Source of the DNA: a virus
Virus record (IMG/VR): IMGVR_UViG_3300021519_000006
Span: 1 to 64,000 of that record
Length of the DNA stretch: 64,000 bases
Strand: one strand, 5' to 3'
Shown: one piece after another, positions 49,734-58,220 of the stretch
Layout: every line of letters begins with the position of its first letter
Position numbering within the stretch: the stretch's first letter is position 1
The notes under the pieces: model-generated
Seen by the model: only the letters and a program-made list of their open reading frames with translations
What the model was told of the DNA's origin: nothing
The model's database searches: none
Program-made: the position numbers and the translations under genes

Positions 49734-50159
49734 ATGGGATCACCTATCAGACTTGAGTTCAACTGTTCTGAGTGCAAAGCAGATAACACCTTGCATTCCG
49801 GATGTACTCCTCGCATCAACGAGGACCGTATGGATTGGATTCCATTCGAAGTGGATTACAGATTCACATTCAGATGTACTGAGTGTGAGTTACCTAATCT
49901 ATTCCAAGGCACAAAGGAGTCAGGCTTTACCCCCGTGCCAACACAAACAAACCCCGCCGTAGTGCACGCTGTTCTTATCTTAGGCTGGCGTTACGGAGAG
50001 CCTGTACAACGTCTCTTTGGTATCTATCAAGACATAGAGATAGCCCATGCATCTGCTACCACGTGGATCAAGCGTAACCCCGGCAAGTATGCAGATGATG
50101 AAAAGAACGATGATGGTGAAAATGCAACATTCTACATTAGAGAGATGCCCCTACTATGA
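49734..50159 (+). CDS. Zn-ribbon hypothetical protein
   Basis: AAGGAGG RBS then ATG 49734; CSEC and CTEC. Confidence 0.75.
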   Translation: MGSPIRLEFNCSECKADNTLHSGCTPRINEDRMDWIPFEVDYRFTFRCTECELPNLFQGTKESGFTPVPTQTNPAVVHAVLILGWRYGEPVQRLFGIYQDIEIAHASATTWIKRNPGKYADDEKNDDGENATFYIREMPLL

Positions 50160-50170
50160 AAGGAGAAGTA

Positions 50171-50422
50171 ATGTCAGACGAACTTATTACCCTCAAAATC
50201 GGTATATTCGATTTTACTGTGATTACGGATGCACTCACTGATTGTGATTGTCTAAGTAAGGAATGTAAACGTCTTATCAGTAATTTCCAAGCGCAGAAAG
50301 AAGGAGAAGCAGTAAATACCTGCTTTGGATGTAAGAATGCGGTCACTGTTGCTGAGGCTATCTATTATGAGACTTATCGTCTTTGTCCAAAGTGTTACAA
50401 GTATTGGGACCCCACGCCATGA
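50171..50422 (+). CDS. Zn-finger hypothetical protein
   Basis: AAGGAG RBS before MSDEL; CFGC...CPKC. Confidence 0.7.
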   Translation: MSDELITLKIGIFDFTVITDALTDCDCLSKECKRLISNFQAQKEGEAVNTCFGCKNAVTVAEAIYYETYRLCPKCYKYWDPTP

Positions 50423-50526
50423 CAATACTTGATTACTTAGACCCAATGCAATCAGGTCTGCCTATCACTCTTATGTGGCTATCTATCTCTGCATCTATCT
50501 GTTATCTCCTCTTTAGTAAGAAGTAA
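50419..50526 (+). CDS. Small membrane peptide (35 aa)
   Basis: Not in track; ATGA overlap; hydrophobic stretch ending SKK. Confidence 0.55.
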   Translation: MTILDYLDPMQSGLPITLMWLSISASICYLLFSKK

Positions 50527-50565
50527 TACACCAAAAGGACCCCGCGAAATTTTACCGTGTGAAGT

Positions 50566-50773
50566 GGTGGAAGGCACATAGATGGTGGACCTATACCGTG
50601 AGGTGGCTAACTTAGTTGATGCTATTCAAGGTGTTGGAAGGAACCAATAACGGATTAATTTCTGGACGGTTGCCGACCCATTACTCTCCACAGTTCCCGC
50701 TGTAACAGTAGTGCCTTTGGAATGCCCATTACTAAGACTATCTATGTGTCTCTCACTCTCCACAAGGAGAGTG
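50566..50773 (+). ncRNA. Stem-clamped RNA cassette B
   Basis: GGTGGAAGGCACATAGATGGT (50566-50586) pairs with ACTATCTATGTGTCTCTCACT (50737-50757). Confidence 0.72.
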
Positions 50774-50791
50774 CTATACAAGGAGGACAAA

Positions 50792-50971
50792 GTGTCATCC
50801 GACACAAACAACACACCCGACTGGGAATACATCAAGAAGCAAGGGATGCGAGTCAATAAGCATCTTCATAACCACTATAACGACCTAATGCACCGAGCAG
50901 CCTGCGACATCTGTATGGCCTTCTTCATCGGTGAAAATTATGGCAAGTTGACTGAGGAGGAAAAACAATGA
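50792..50971 (+). CDS. Small hypothetical protein
   Basis: AAGGAGG RBS then GTG 50792; His-rich, CDIC. Confidence 0.7.
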   Translation: MSSDTNNTPDWEYIKKQGMRVNKHLHNHYNDLMHRAACDICMAFFIGENYGKLTEEEKQ

Positions 50972-51138
50972 GAGGTTATCTATTCAGATCGTTGATTGCG
51001 CTAGTTGCACCTAACTACGCTCTTGACAAGGATAACTATGGGCAGATTATCATCTACACCCATAAGAAAGAAGTTGATGATGATCGGTATGTAGAGATGG
51101 TCTCTGCAGACTTTGGAATATATGACAAGGAGGACTAA
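50968..51138 (+). CDS. Small hypothetical protein (56 aa)
   Basis: Not in track; GAGGAGG RBS, coupled at both ends. Confidence 0.65.
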   Translation: MRGYLFRSLIALVAPNYALDKDNYGQIIIYTHKKEVDDDRYVEMVSADFGIYDKED

Positions 51139-51380
51139 TGCCTGACGACGTAACAGTTATCAGCGTAGGCACACACATCGAGTCCAATGGAGGAGATGTT
51201 CTAGCTTGTAAGCCGGGCAGTTACCGAAATACAACTATTGTCCTGTGTTACTTACCACAGAACAAAGTAACCCCTTTCGTTGTACACACATACAACGAGA
51301 CTCAAGGTATCTGCTTTCGAGGTCAATATGGTTTCACACTTGAAGAAGCAATAACCGACTACAAGAACAGGAGAACATAG
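51138..51380 (+). CDS. Hypothetical protein
   Basis: AAGGAGG RBS. Confidence 0.75.
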   Translation: MPDDVTVISVGTHIESNGGDVLACKPGSYRNTTIVLCYLPQNKVTPFVVHTYNETQGICFRGQYGFTLEEAITDYKNRRT

Positions 51381-51610
51381 TGTCCAACACAAACCCCCGC
51401 GCAGCACACATCTATAACCCCGAAGACGGTGGCACTAACATGGAAATTGTCATCAGCCCCGATACTTGGTGGCACGCCGTCTGTAACGATGACATCAGGC
51501 TGACCAACAAGGAATACAACGAGCTAGACGATAGTGAAGTGGACTTGTGCCATCCCTGCGTCAAGAAAGCCAAGGAGGATGATCCCGATGGCTTTATCTA
51601 CAATCTATAA
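51380..51610 (+). CDS. Hypothetical, Cys/His Zn-binding pattern
   Basis: AGGAG RBS; H...C...CHPC. Confidence 0.7.
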   Translation: MSNTNPRAAHIYNPEDGGTNMEIVISPDTWWHAVCNDDIRLTNKEYNELDDSEVDLCHPCVKKAKEDDPDGFIYNL

Positions 51611-51714
51611 AACCTGTACAACAACAATCACTACAACAACCACAATAACAACAAAAACAACCCGCATTGTGCACGGAATTACCGTGCCTGTGCACATCCT
51701 AGAAGGGAATACGA

Positions 51715-52230
51715 ATGGCAACATCTATGAATACGCTCACAGTAAGACGAGTTGATCTATTAGAGCAACTCGAAGAGCGTTACACATACATGACCCAAGA
51801 AAAGGTAAAGTATGAGAAAGCTGTGGAAAAGTTCCACGCTTTGACTAAGAAATATGATGCAGACTTAGAGAAGTGGGAAGCACGTGTGCCCACACTACTA
51901 GAAGGTATGGTTAGAGGGTCTGACATAGACTACTCACATAACACAGAGAGATACGGCAGATACCAGTGGAATCGTGAAACTTGGAATGCAAGCATTAGTG
52001 TATCTCTCAACCGCGATGAAGTAACACGACTAATAGGGCCAGAGCCTACAAGACCAGAGGCTCCTGATACCCCCGAATTTTTACAACAGCGTAGATTAAC
52101 TAGAGGTTATTCTGCTCCTCCAGCCCCATCATTATACGAAGCTGTATACCAAGCCATTGCAATCCTTAGTATTTCTAATGATGATGATGTTAAAGCTCAG
52201 ATGTTCAACGACGTAATGTTGGCACTCTAA
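51715..52230 (+). CDS. Coiled-coil hypothetical protein (paralog of 53363-53797)
   Basis: GAAGGGA RBS; shared layout and QAIAIL/NAIALI C-terminal motif. Confidence 0.8.
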   Translation: MATSMNTLTVRRVDLLEQLEERYTYMTQEKVKYEKAVEKFHALTKKYDADLEKWEARVPTLLEGMVRGSDIDYSHNTERYGRYQWNRETWNASISVSLNRDEVTRLIGPEPTRPEAPDTPEFLQQRRLTRGYSAPPAPSLYEAVYQAIAILSISNDDDVKAQMFNDVMLAL

Positions 52231-52451
52231 TGAAACTATTCTGTGATTACATCAACGATAAACAAGAAGCACGGTTCCAAGAGCACCTCACAGTGTGTGA
52301 TGATCCCCAACACAAACAATCCACCATCCACATCCACCGCCTGATAGTAGACATATTCGACACGGACCGCATCAAATACCCACGATGGCAATACTGGATC
52401 GATAGCATCCTCGTATTCCTTAGATTGGACGGAACCAATGGAAAATATTAA
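52230..52451 (+). CDS. Hypothetical protein
   Basis: TAATG-coupled. Confidence 0.6.
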   Translation: MKLFCDYINDKQEARFQEHLTVCDDPQHKQSTIHIHRLIVDIFDTDRIKYPRWQYWIDSILVFLRLDGTNGKY

Positions 52452-52908
52452 AACACACATAGTTGAGTGTTCACGATGTCAAGCGCCCCAAGTATTCAGG
52501 AACGCACCGGGGTACATGGACTCAGACATACCAGTAGCACTGGAACTATCCCTAGATGGTGGCTACGCAATGTTCGTAGACAATATCTACTACGTTGGTG
52601 ACAAGAACCCATTGGAGTTCATGCTCTGTCACAAATGTGCCCACGAATTTACACAGTTTATGAACATACCCGAGACAACAGTAACTAGTTGGCATCCTAA
52701 AACAGATGATGCTTTCTGTAATGGTTGGACAATGCTAGGAAGCATGGAACGTGAGTTAGAGGTATTCAAACAAAAGCTTTACGATCTTGTATACATCAAC
52801 GAACACACGATGATAGTGCCGTTTGATGACTACGCACATAAAAAAGCACAGTTAGAAGAACTAATCCAACTACAAGAAGAAAGGATCAAAGAATGTACAT
52901 CGAACTAG
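52438..52908 (+). CDS. Zn-finger hypothetical protein
   Basis: CSRC...GGYAMFVD...LCHKCAH. Confidence 0.75.
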   Translation: MENIKTHIVECSRCQAPQVFRNAPGYMDSDIPVALELSLDGGYAMFVDNIYYVGDKNPLEFMLCHKCAHEFTQFMNIPETTVTSWHPKTDDAFCNGWTMLGSMERELEVFKQKLYDLVYINEHTMIVPFDDYAHKKAQLEELIQLQEERIKECTSN

Positions 52909-52985
52909 ATATGTCTAGCGCAACAACTATGACAATAGTTCTAGCCATCGTTGTTGTAGTTATTGTATTCATACGACGTAAGTAA
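52893..52985 (+). CDS. Small membrane peptide (30 aa)
   Basis: Not in track; AAGGA RBS; MYIELDMSSATTMTIVLAIVVVVIVFIRRK. Confidence 0.6.
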   Translation: MYIELDMSSATTMTIVLAIVVVVIVFIRRK

Positions 52986-52990
52986 TCGTA

Positions 52991-53275
52991 TTGATAGGGC
53001 AGAAGACATACGCATACAGGCTGTTATTACATAGAGGCCTAGGAATTTAGTGGATGAGTTACGAGTCTGCTATTTTTACTAGACGGAATTGGTAGCACCA
53101 ATGAGCGAACGACTGTAGTGCCAGAGATACCCTGCGGGCTTGCGAAAACCTATTACAGTACCTCGGTTGAATTTGGGGGATACCCCAAGTTAGTTGTACG
53201 AGTGCAAGAAGGCGCTTGTGAAAGGAGTCTCGTCGTAATTCGACAGTAGTATGCGTATGTCCTCTGTCTTATCAA
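52991..53275 (+). ncRNA. Stem-clamped RNA cassette C (285 nt)
   Basis: 27 bp terminal stem 52991-53017/53249-53275 plus at least five internal stems. Confidence 0.78.
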
Positions 53276-53362
53276 CAGAGAAAGGAGATAAGACAGCACC
53301 AACACAAACAAACACCCCCACAGCCGTGCTGGGTGTCCCGTACCAATAGAGAAAGGGTTACC

Positions 53363-53797
53363 ATGGCAGCAACCAAGGTAATTGCAACAACTTGGGATAA
53401 AGCACATTTACTCAAGAAGCTAAATGACACACTCAAGCGTATGGACGCAGAAATAGTTGCATGGGAAAAAGATAATGCAACTCTTGAAAAGCGTCAAGAA
53501 GCATGGGAGAAAAAAGCAGTTGCTTGGGCTCTTAAAAACATGCCCAAATCAAAAGATACAGACGCAAGTATGTATCACAACCGATTCCAATTGAACATCT
53601 CGTTTGATCTTCAATTGGCTACGGATGCTTTAGGTGAACGTCCTACTCAAGAACGTAAACCACAATACAAAGAAGGTCATTACTCTGAACTTAATGATTA
53701 TGACCAAATTGAAAATGCTATTGCTTTGATTGAAGGCTCAACTGACACTGAGTTTAAAATCAATACCACATCAGTGTGGGCATCTTTCATTCGATAA
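53363..53797 (+). CDS. Coiled-coil hypothetical protein (paralog of 51715-52230)
   Basis: GAAAGGG RBS before ATG 53363. Confidence 0.8.
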   Translation: MAATKVIATTWDKAHLLKKLNDTLKRMDAEIVAWEKDNATLEKRQEAWEKKAVAWALKNMPKSKDTDASMYHNRFQLNISFDLQLATDALGERPTQERKPQYKEGHYSELNDYDQIENAIALIEGSTDTEFKINTTSVWASFIR

Positions 53798-53909
53798 CGC
53801 TTAACGCGGTTGGTTTCTATAGTTCTTCCTGAGGTAAAAGAACTCCTCACCTAAGCATGTGAAGGATAAACTGCTTACCAACACAAACACTCACAAAGGA
53901 CAACAAACT

Positions 53910-54128
53910 ATGCTACAAACCTTTGGTAAATACATTCGAGACAAGTATGGAAACTTCGTGTGGAAAGAAACACAGGTTAAACCTCCGTCATTAGATAACT
54001 CAACAGCAAAATTACTATTCATTGTAGAAGCACAGCTGTTTCACGGCTGTACCCGCAAAGAAGCAATGATGCTGTGGGAAGACGGCATCGATACTCTATA
54101 CAACACAATAAGTGAGGAGGAACTATGA
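53910..54128 (+). CDS. Hypothetical protein
   Basis: AAAGGA RBS before MLQTF. Confidence 0.65.
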   Translation: MLQTFGKYIRDKYGNFVWKETQVKPPSLDNSTAKLLFIVEAQLFHGCTRKEAMMLWEDGIDTLYNTISEEEL

Positions 54129-54262
54129 AACTATGGTTACTGATCGGACTAACAACTAACATCATCTCTATTTGGACTGCGCTGTATTGGCGTGAACGAT
54201 ATTGGGATGCAGAGCGTATGCGAATGTATCTTCGCAAGTTAGATGCACGAAATGTTAAATAG
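54125..54262 (+). CDS. Small membrane peptide (45 aa)
   Basis: Not in track; GAGGAGG RBS; MKLWLLIGLTTNIISIWTALYW... Confidence 0.6.
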   Translation: MKLWLLIGLTTNIISIWTALYWRERYWDAERMRMYLRKLDARNVK

Positions 54263-54602
54263 TCTCAACAACCTATCTACATACAATCCAGACAACTTCA
54301 AGTGGCAAGATAATGCAGCGTGCAAAGACTTGCCCGTAAGTATGTTCTACTACGATCACAATGAACGTGGTCCCGACAGAGATTACAGGGAGCGTACCGC
54401 GCTTGCTGTATGCAATACCTGCCCAGTCAAGGCAGTGTGTCTACAAGACGCAATTGACAGAAACGATACACACTCTATACAGGGTGGAACTACTCCAGTG
54501 ATGCGTGGGCACAAGCTTCGTAGTGTGCCTGAGTATCCTATTGAAGTAGTTAGAGTAGAAATGGAGGAAACAAATGCGACTACGACATCGCAAACTAGCT
54601 AA
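54243..54602 (+). CDS. whiB: WhiB-family Fe-S transcription factor
   Basis: WQDNAAC...F...A.AVCNTCPVKAVCL...IQGGTTP; four Cys. Confidence 0.92.
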   Translation: MHEMLNSLNNLSTYNPDNFKWQDNAACKDLPVSMFYYDHNERGPDRDYRERTALAVCNTCPVKAVCLQDAIDRNDTHSIQGGTTPVMRGHKLRSVPEYPIEVVRVEMEETNATTTSQTS

Positions 54603-54879
54603 GCTCATAGAACGCAAGATGGTTGAGGAAGAAATTGAACTCAATGATCTAGAATCACAGCACAGTCGTGCATACCATACTGGTGTAATTGATGGATTAG
54701 GTCAAGCCCTATTCCTTATTGCACCGGAACGTGCACGACGCAATCCAATCAGCATCGTATGGTTTGATGAAGACTACGATGTGCCCCAACACAAACAATC
54801 ACGCCTACAAGAAATCGACAGAGAACAAAGTTTCGACGTCAACCATTCAGCTCTGTTTGACACATCCGAGGCACGTTAA
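54574..54879 (+). CDS. Hypothetical protein
   Basis: GGAGG RBS. Confidence 0.7.
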   Translation: MRLRHRKLAKLIERKMVEEEIELNDLESQHSRAYHTGVIDGLGQALFLIAPERARRNPISIVWFDEDYDVPQHKQSRLQEIDREQSFDVNHSALFDTSEAR

Positions 54880-55571
54880 TGCGTGTCTATGACTATGTCA
54901 CAGGTGAGTTATGGCTCAAAGGTGGACAAAAGAAAATAGAACGACCCCTATATACACGCGGTGCTAGGCTATTTCAACGAGCCGATCACATTGCCGTAGC
55001 CCTTGGTTGGGCTCAATCATACGATGTGGTGTTGTTTTACCCAGATGGCACCACAACTATTCAATGTCAAGCCAATGGTCATTGGAATCCTTTATGGAGT
55101 CAAGGAGTTAGAGCAATTATCCGTGACTTCTCAGGCTTACACGACGTACATCAACGTAAGAATAAATGGTACATAGTGGAAGCCAATCCATCACGCACGC
55201 CACCAAAGATTCAAGGTTGCAGAATGTGCAAACGCACAGGTTTGGTAGACGTACAGTGTTGGGGTCCGCGCAGTTGTTACAACAGCATACCGTGCGAAGA
55301 CCATCCCACAGCAGTACTCGACCCTAAGAACCCTCACGCAAGATGGCATGAAGCAGAACAATGTGAGCACAATAAAACTGCTAGGCACATGATGTACAGA
55401 GCAGATAAGTGTTATTCCTGTAGCGGTATGGGAATGCGCGACTACGGTAGTAAATTAGTTTCTCTTCAATGGGATGGTTTCCCAGTCCGATTGAGAGAAG
55501 GCAAGGTAATAAAGCAAGAACCAACCGAACTAGAGAAGAGGATAGCAAACTATGTCAAACCCAACAGTTGA
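54879..55571 (+). CDS. Hypothetical with DnaJ-like Zn-finger motifs
   Basis: CRMCKRTG and CYSCSGMG. Confidence 0.75.
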   Translation: MRVYDYVTGELWLKGGQKKIERPLYTRGARLFQRADHIAVALGWAQSYDVVLFYPDGTTTIQCQANGHWNPLWSQGVRAIIRDFSGLHDVHQRKNKWYIVEANPSRTPPKIQGCRMCKRTGLVDVQCWGPRSCYNSIPCEDHPTAVLDPKNPHARWHEAEQCEHNKTARHMMYRADKCYSCSGMGMRDYGSKLVSLQWDGFPVRLREGKVIKQEPTELEKRIANYVKPNS

Positions 55572-56058
55572 GTATGACAGTTCAGCAACAATAAACACAG
55601 GAGCCACAGCAGAACAACCAGTAACAGCACGAAGAATACTGAGTAGCGGTGGTATCCCTGAGAACTTAGTAACAACTTCAAGAGCTAGTAAAAACTACAG
55701 AGATGCCGTGTTAGCAGACCTATTACTTAATGTTGAACCTGGGCAACCAACTTCAACAATTGTTTTAGATACATTGCGAACTGCAGTCCGAGCATCACAA
55801 GATGGAAGCATTGACTTGCAGGTATACACCGAGTATCTTGCAGCTTTAGCCTTTGCTTGGGGTGACAAAGAACTAGCTGCCGTTACGATCATGCGTAGTA
55901 AGCCTGAGTATGCTGCAGTATCAACCCATACTATGAGCATTGTATCTGCCATAACTAAACAGATGCCTAGCCCATTTTACTTAAGCTTGCTGGTATCGCA
56001 AGGGCCAGCAGCTTCAGACGCATGGTTACAAGAACAGTCTTCCCACTTCCCTAACTAA
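55552..56058 (+). CDS. DUF4192-like helical protein
   Basis: RDAVL...LAALAFAWGD..LA pattern. Confidence 0.55.
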   Translation: MSNPTVEYDSSATINTGATAEQPVTARRILSSGGIPENLVTTSRASKNYRDAVLADLLLNVEPGQPTSTIVLDTLRTAVRASQDGSIDLQVYTEYLAALAFAWGDKELAAVTIMRSKPEYAAVSTHTMSIVSAITKQMPSPFYLSLLVSQGPAASDAWLQEQSSHFPN

Positions 56059-56351
56059 CGCCAACACAAACAAACCAGCCTATTAGACGGTCAGCGGGAG
56101 CCATTTATGACGAAAACTGCCTTCCTAAGAACTGGTATGTCGTTGGTAAATGCTGCAGAACACAGAGAAGTAGTCTGCAACATACTTGATCAAACCCAAG
56201 CCGGAAACAAGACGGCACCAGCACGCGTGGATGGTTAAACGGGACCAGTTAGTCTCACCAACCGCCACCTGCCAGTCGGACCTGAGTCGCCCGTAGTTGC
56301 TAATGCATCCAGTCCCTGTACCACTTCCTACGTAATGTGTTCAACTCAGCC

Positions 56352-56389
56352 CCTAGAGGGCACGTCATATTGGCGTGCTCTCTAGGTTT
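56352..56389 (+). terminator. Long hairpin (terminator or processing site)
   Basis: CCTAGAGGGCACGTCA-TAT-TGGCGTGCTCTCTAGG then TTT. Confidence 0.6.
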
Positions 56390-56416
56390 ACCTACTACAA
56401 CAAAGGAGATAGACAT

Positions 56417-56671
56417 ATGTGTGAAGCATGTGAGAACAACGACGATGAAGACTTCTCATCACAAGATTTTAATTTTAATAGTCTTAATGATGAAGAAAAA
56501 GAAGAGTTCTTTGAGTACCTCAGTAAGCAGATGAACCTCGTAATAAATAAAGCCGAATCACACGGCGTGTTGTTTGACCTAATTACGGAGTGGCCTCGAG
56601 GCAAGGTAGTAGCATTCGAGATGGCTACCGTATTAGAGAACCGCGTCTTAAATGACGACGATGAGGAGTAA
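56417..56671 (+). CDS. Acidic hypothetical protein
   Basis: AAAGGAG RBS before MCEACE. Confidence 0.75.
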   Translation: MCEACENNDDEDFSSQDFNFNSLNDEEKEEFFEYLSKQMNLVINKAESHGVLFDLITEWPRGKVVAFEMATVLENRVLNDDDEE

Positions 56672-56768
56672 CTAAGTTTCCTCTGCGCAAGCAGAGGGAT
56701 GCTACCGATAGTCGGTAGTAGTTGTCGCAAGACAACAACGATTCCAATACCTAGAAGGGGTAAGTTAT

Positions 56769-58208
56769 ATGGATATCGCAATATTCACAGAGTCATACAC
56801 ACCAAGCATGGGGGCTAAGCGCCGTCAGGTGCTAATAACTCCGCATGGTGACGATGTACGCATCTACTCACGTGAGACAGATGGGACCAAGGGTCCCCAC
56901 AATAAGTGGGAAGAAACAGACTTCGATGGTCTCACTGGACAGATTGACAGCGACGAGCAACTCACTCGTACGCCTGTTGCTGTGTACGTTACAGCGACAG
57001 ATGAAGAAGCTATGACTGCTAAGGGCTATTCCCCAGTACTCGGCACCAAAGCATGTCAAGCACATACCAAGGCTGCACTCAACGTAGATCCAAGTTCATT
57101 CTTGGAACGTGTGTGCGAGTTGTATGAGCAAGTTACATCGCAAGATGTAGCGTTGAGTGAGTACATCATCGACAACCGTCGTGGTTCTGGTTCTACTGTG
57201 CCTTTGGTAACTATGCCAACACAAACAACTCCAGCCCCACAACTAAACCAACACGTATTAGATAAGTTTGAAATTAAAATGGAATCTAATACTAACAACG
57301 GTTCGGTTATCATGGCGTCACTAGCATCAGTGCCACGCATTGAGCTAGCCAAGCGCTATGTTCATCGTAAAGTCTTCGAAGTAGAAGACTTCAAGGTGTT
57401 CGATCATGCTCGTGCCAACAACATCAACGTACTTATTTACGGCCCTACTGGTCCAGGTAAGACAACGTCTGTTGAAGCATGGGCTGCTGAGCGTGGCCTA
57501 CGTATGGCTACCGTATCTGGTAATGCTTCTATGGAGCCAAGCCAGATGACTGGTAAGTTCGTATCCGATGGCAACGGTTCGTTTGCATGGATTGATGGCC
57601 CTGTTACTGACGTAGTCCGTAACGGTGGTGTCTTGCTTCTTGATGAGGTTAATTTCATCAGTCCTAAAATCTATACCGTCTTGTATTCCCTACTTGACGG
57701 ACGTCGCATGATTACATTGCTTGATCATCATGGCGAGACTATTGAGGCGCACAAAGACCTCACTATCTTCGCAACTATGAATCCGGATTACATCGGCACA
57801 ACGTCGTTGAACTTCGCATTCCGCAATCGCTTCGACATCCAAATCCCTTGGGATTACGATGACAAGGTTGAAGAGAAATTAGTTTCATCTAAGTCTCTTC
57901 GTGTCTTAGCGAAGCAATTACGTACTGAAGCAGCCAAGGGTCAGTACGAGACTCCAATCTCAACCAATATGTTGATGGAGTTCCACCATTTCGTAGACGC
58001 ATTGGGTTATGAGTTCGCAGTTGAGAACTTCATCGCTCACTTCTCTACGGATGAACAGCCAAGCGTTCGCTTGGTGTTTCAGACACACGAATACAATATC
58101 AAAGGTGACTTTGGTATTGAGATTCCTATGCCTGAACAAGCAGCAGAAGGACAGTCAATTGAAGAGAAGTTGACTGAGTGGGCTGGCAATCTTGCCGGTC
58201 AAGTATAA
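56769..58208 (+). CDS. MoxR/CbbQ/CobS-type AAA+ ATPase
   Basis: GPTGPGKT, WIDGP, LLLDEVN, ATMNP, AFRNRF. Confidence 0.93.
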   Translation: MDIAIFTESYTPSMGAKRRQVLITPHGDDVRIYSRETDGTKGPHNKWEETDFDGLTGQIDSDEQLTRTPVAVYVTATDEEAMTAKGYSPVLGTKACQAHTKAALNVDPSSFLERVCELYEQVTSQDVALSEYIIDNRRGSGSTVPLVTMPTQTTPAPQLNQHVLDKFEIKMESNTNNGSVIMASLASVPRIELAKRYVHRKVFEVEDFKVFDHARANNINVLIYGPTGPGKTTSVEAWAAERGLRMATVSGNASMEPSQMTGKFVSDGNGSFAWIDGPVTDVVRNGGVLLLDEVNFISPKIYTVLYSLLDGRRMITLLDHHGETIEAHKDLTIFATMNPDYIGTTSLNFAFRNRFDIQIPWDYDDKVEEKLVSSKSLRVLAKQLRTEAAKGQYETPISTNMLMEFHHFVDALGYEFAVENFIAHFSTDEQPSVRLVFQTHEYNIKGDFGIEIPMPEQAAEGQSIEEKLTEWAGNLAGQV

Positions 58209-58220
58209 GAAAGGTAAACC

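Noticed and set aside
49534-49962. 142 aa ORF and the upstream extensions of ORFs starting at 49665 and 50711
   Set aside because: No RBS; they overlap structured cassettes, and better starts with AAGGAGG exist at 49734 and 50792.
52991-53275. RNase P RNA, tmRNA or group I/II intron
   Set aside because: No GAGGAAAGUCC motif, no tRNA-like ends or tag frame, and no recognisable intron core by eye.
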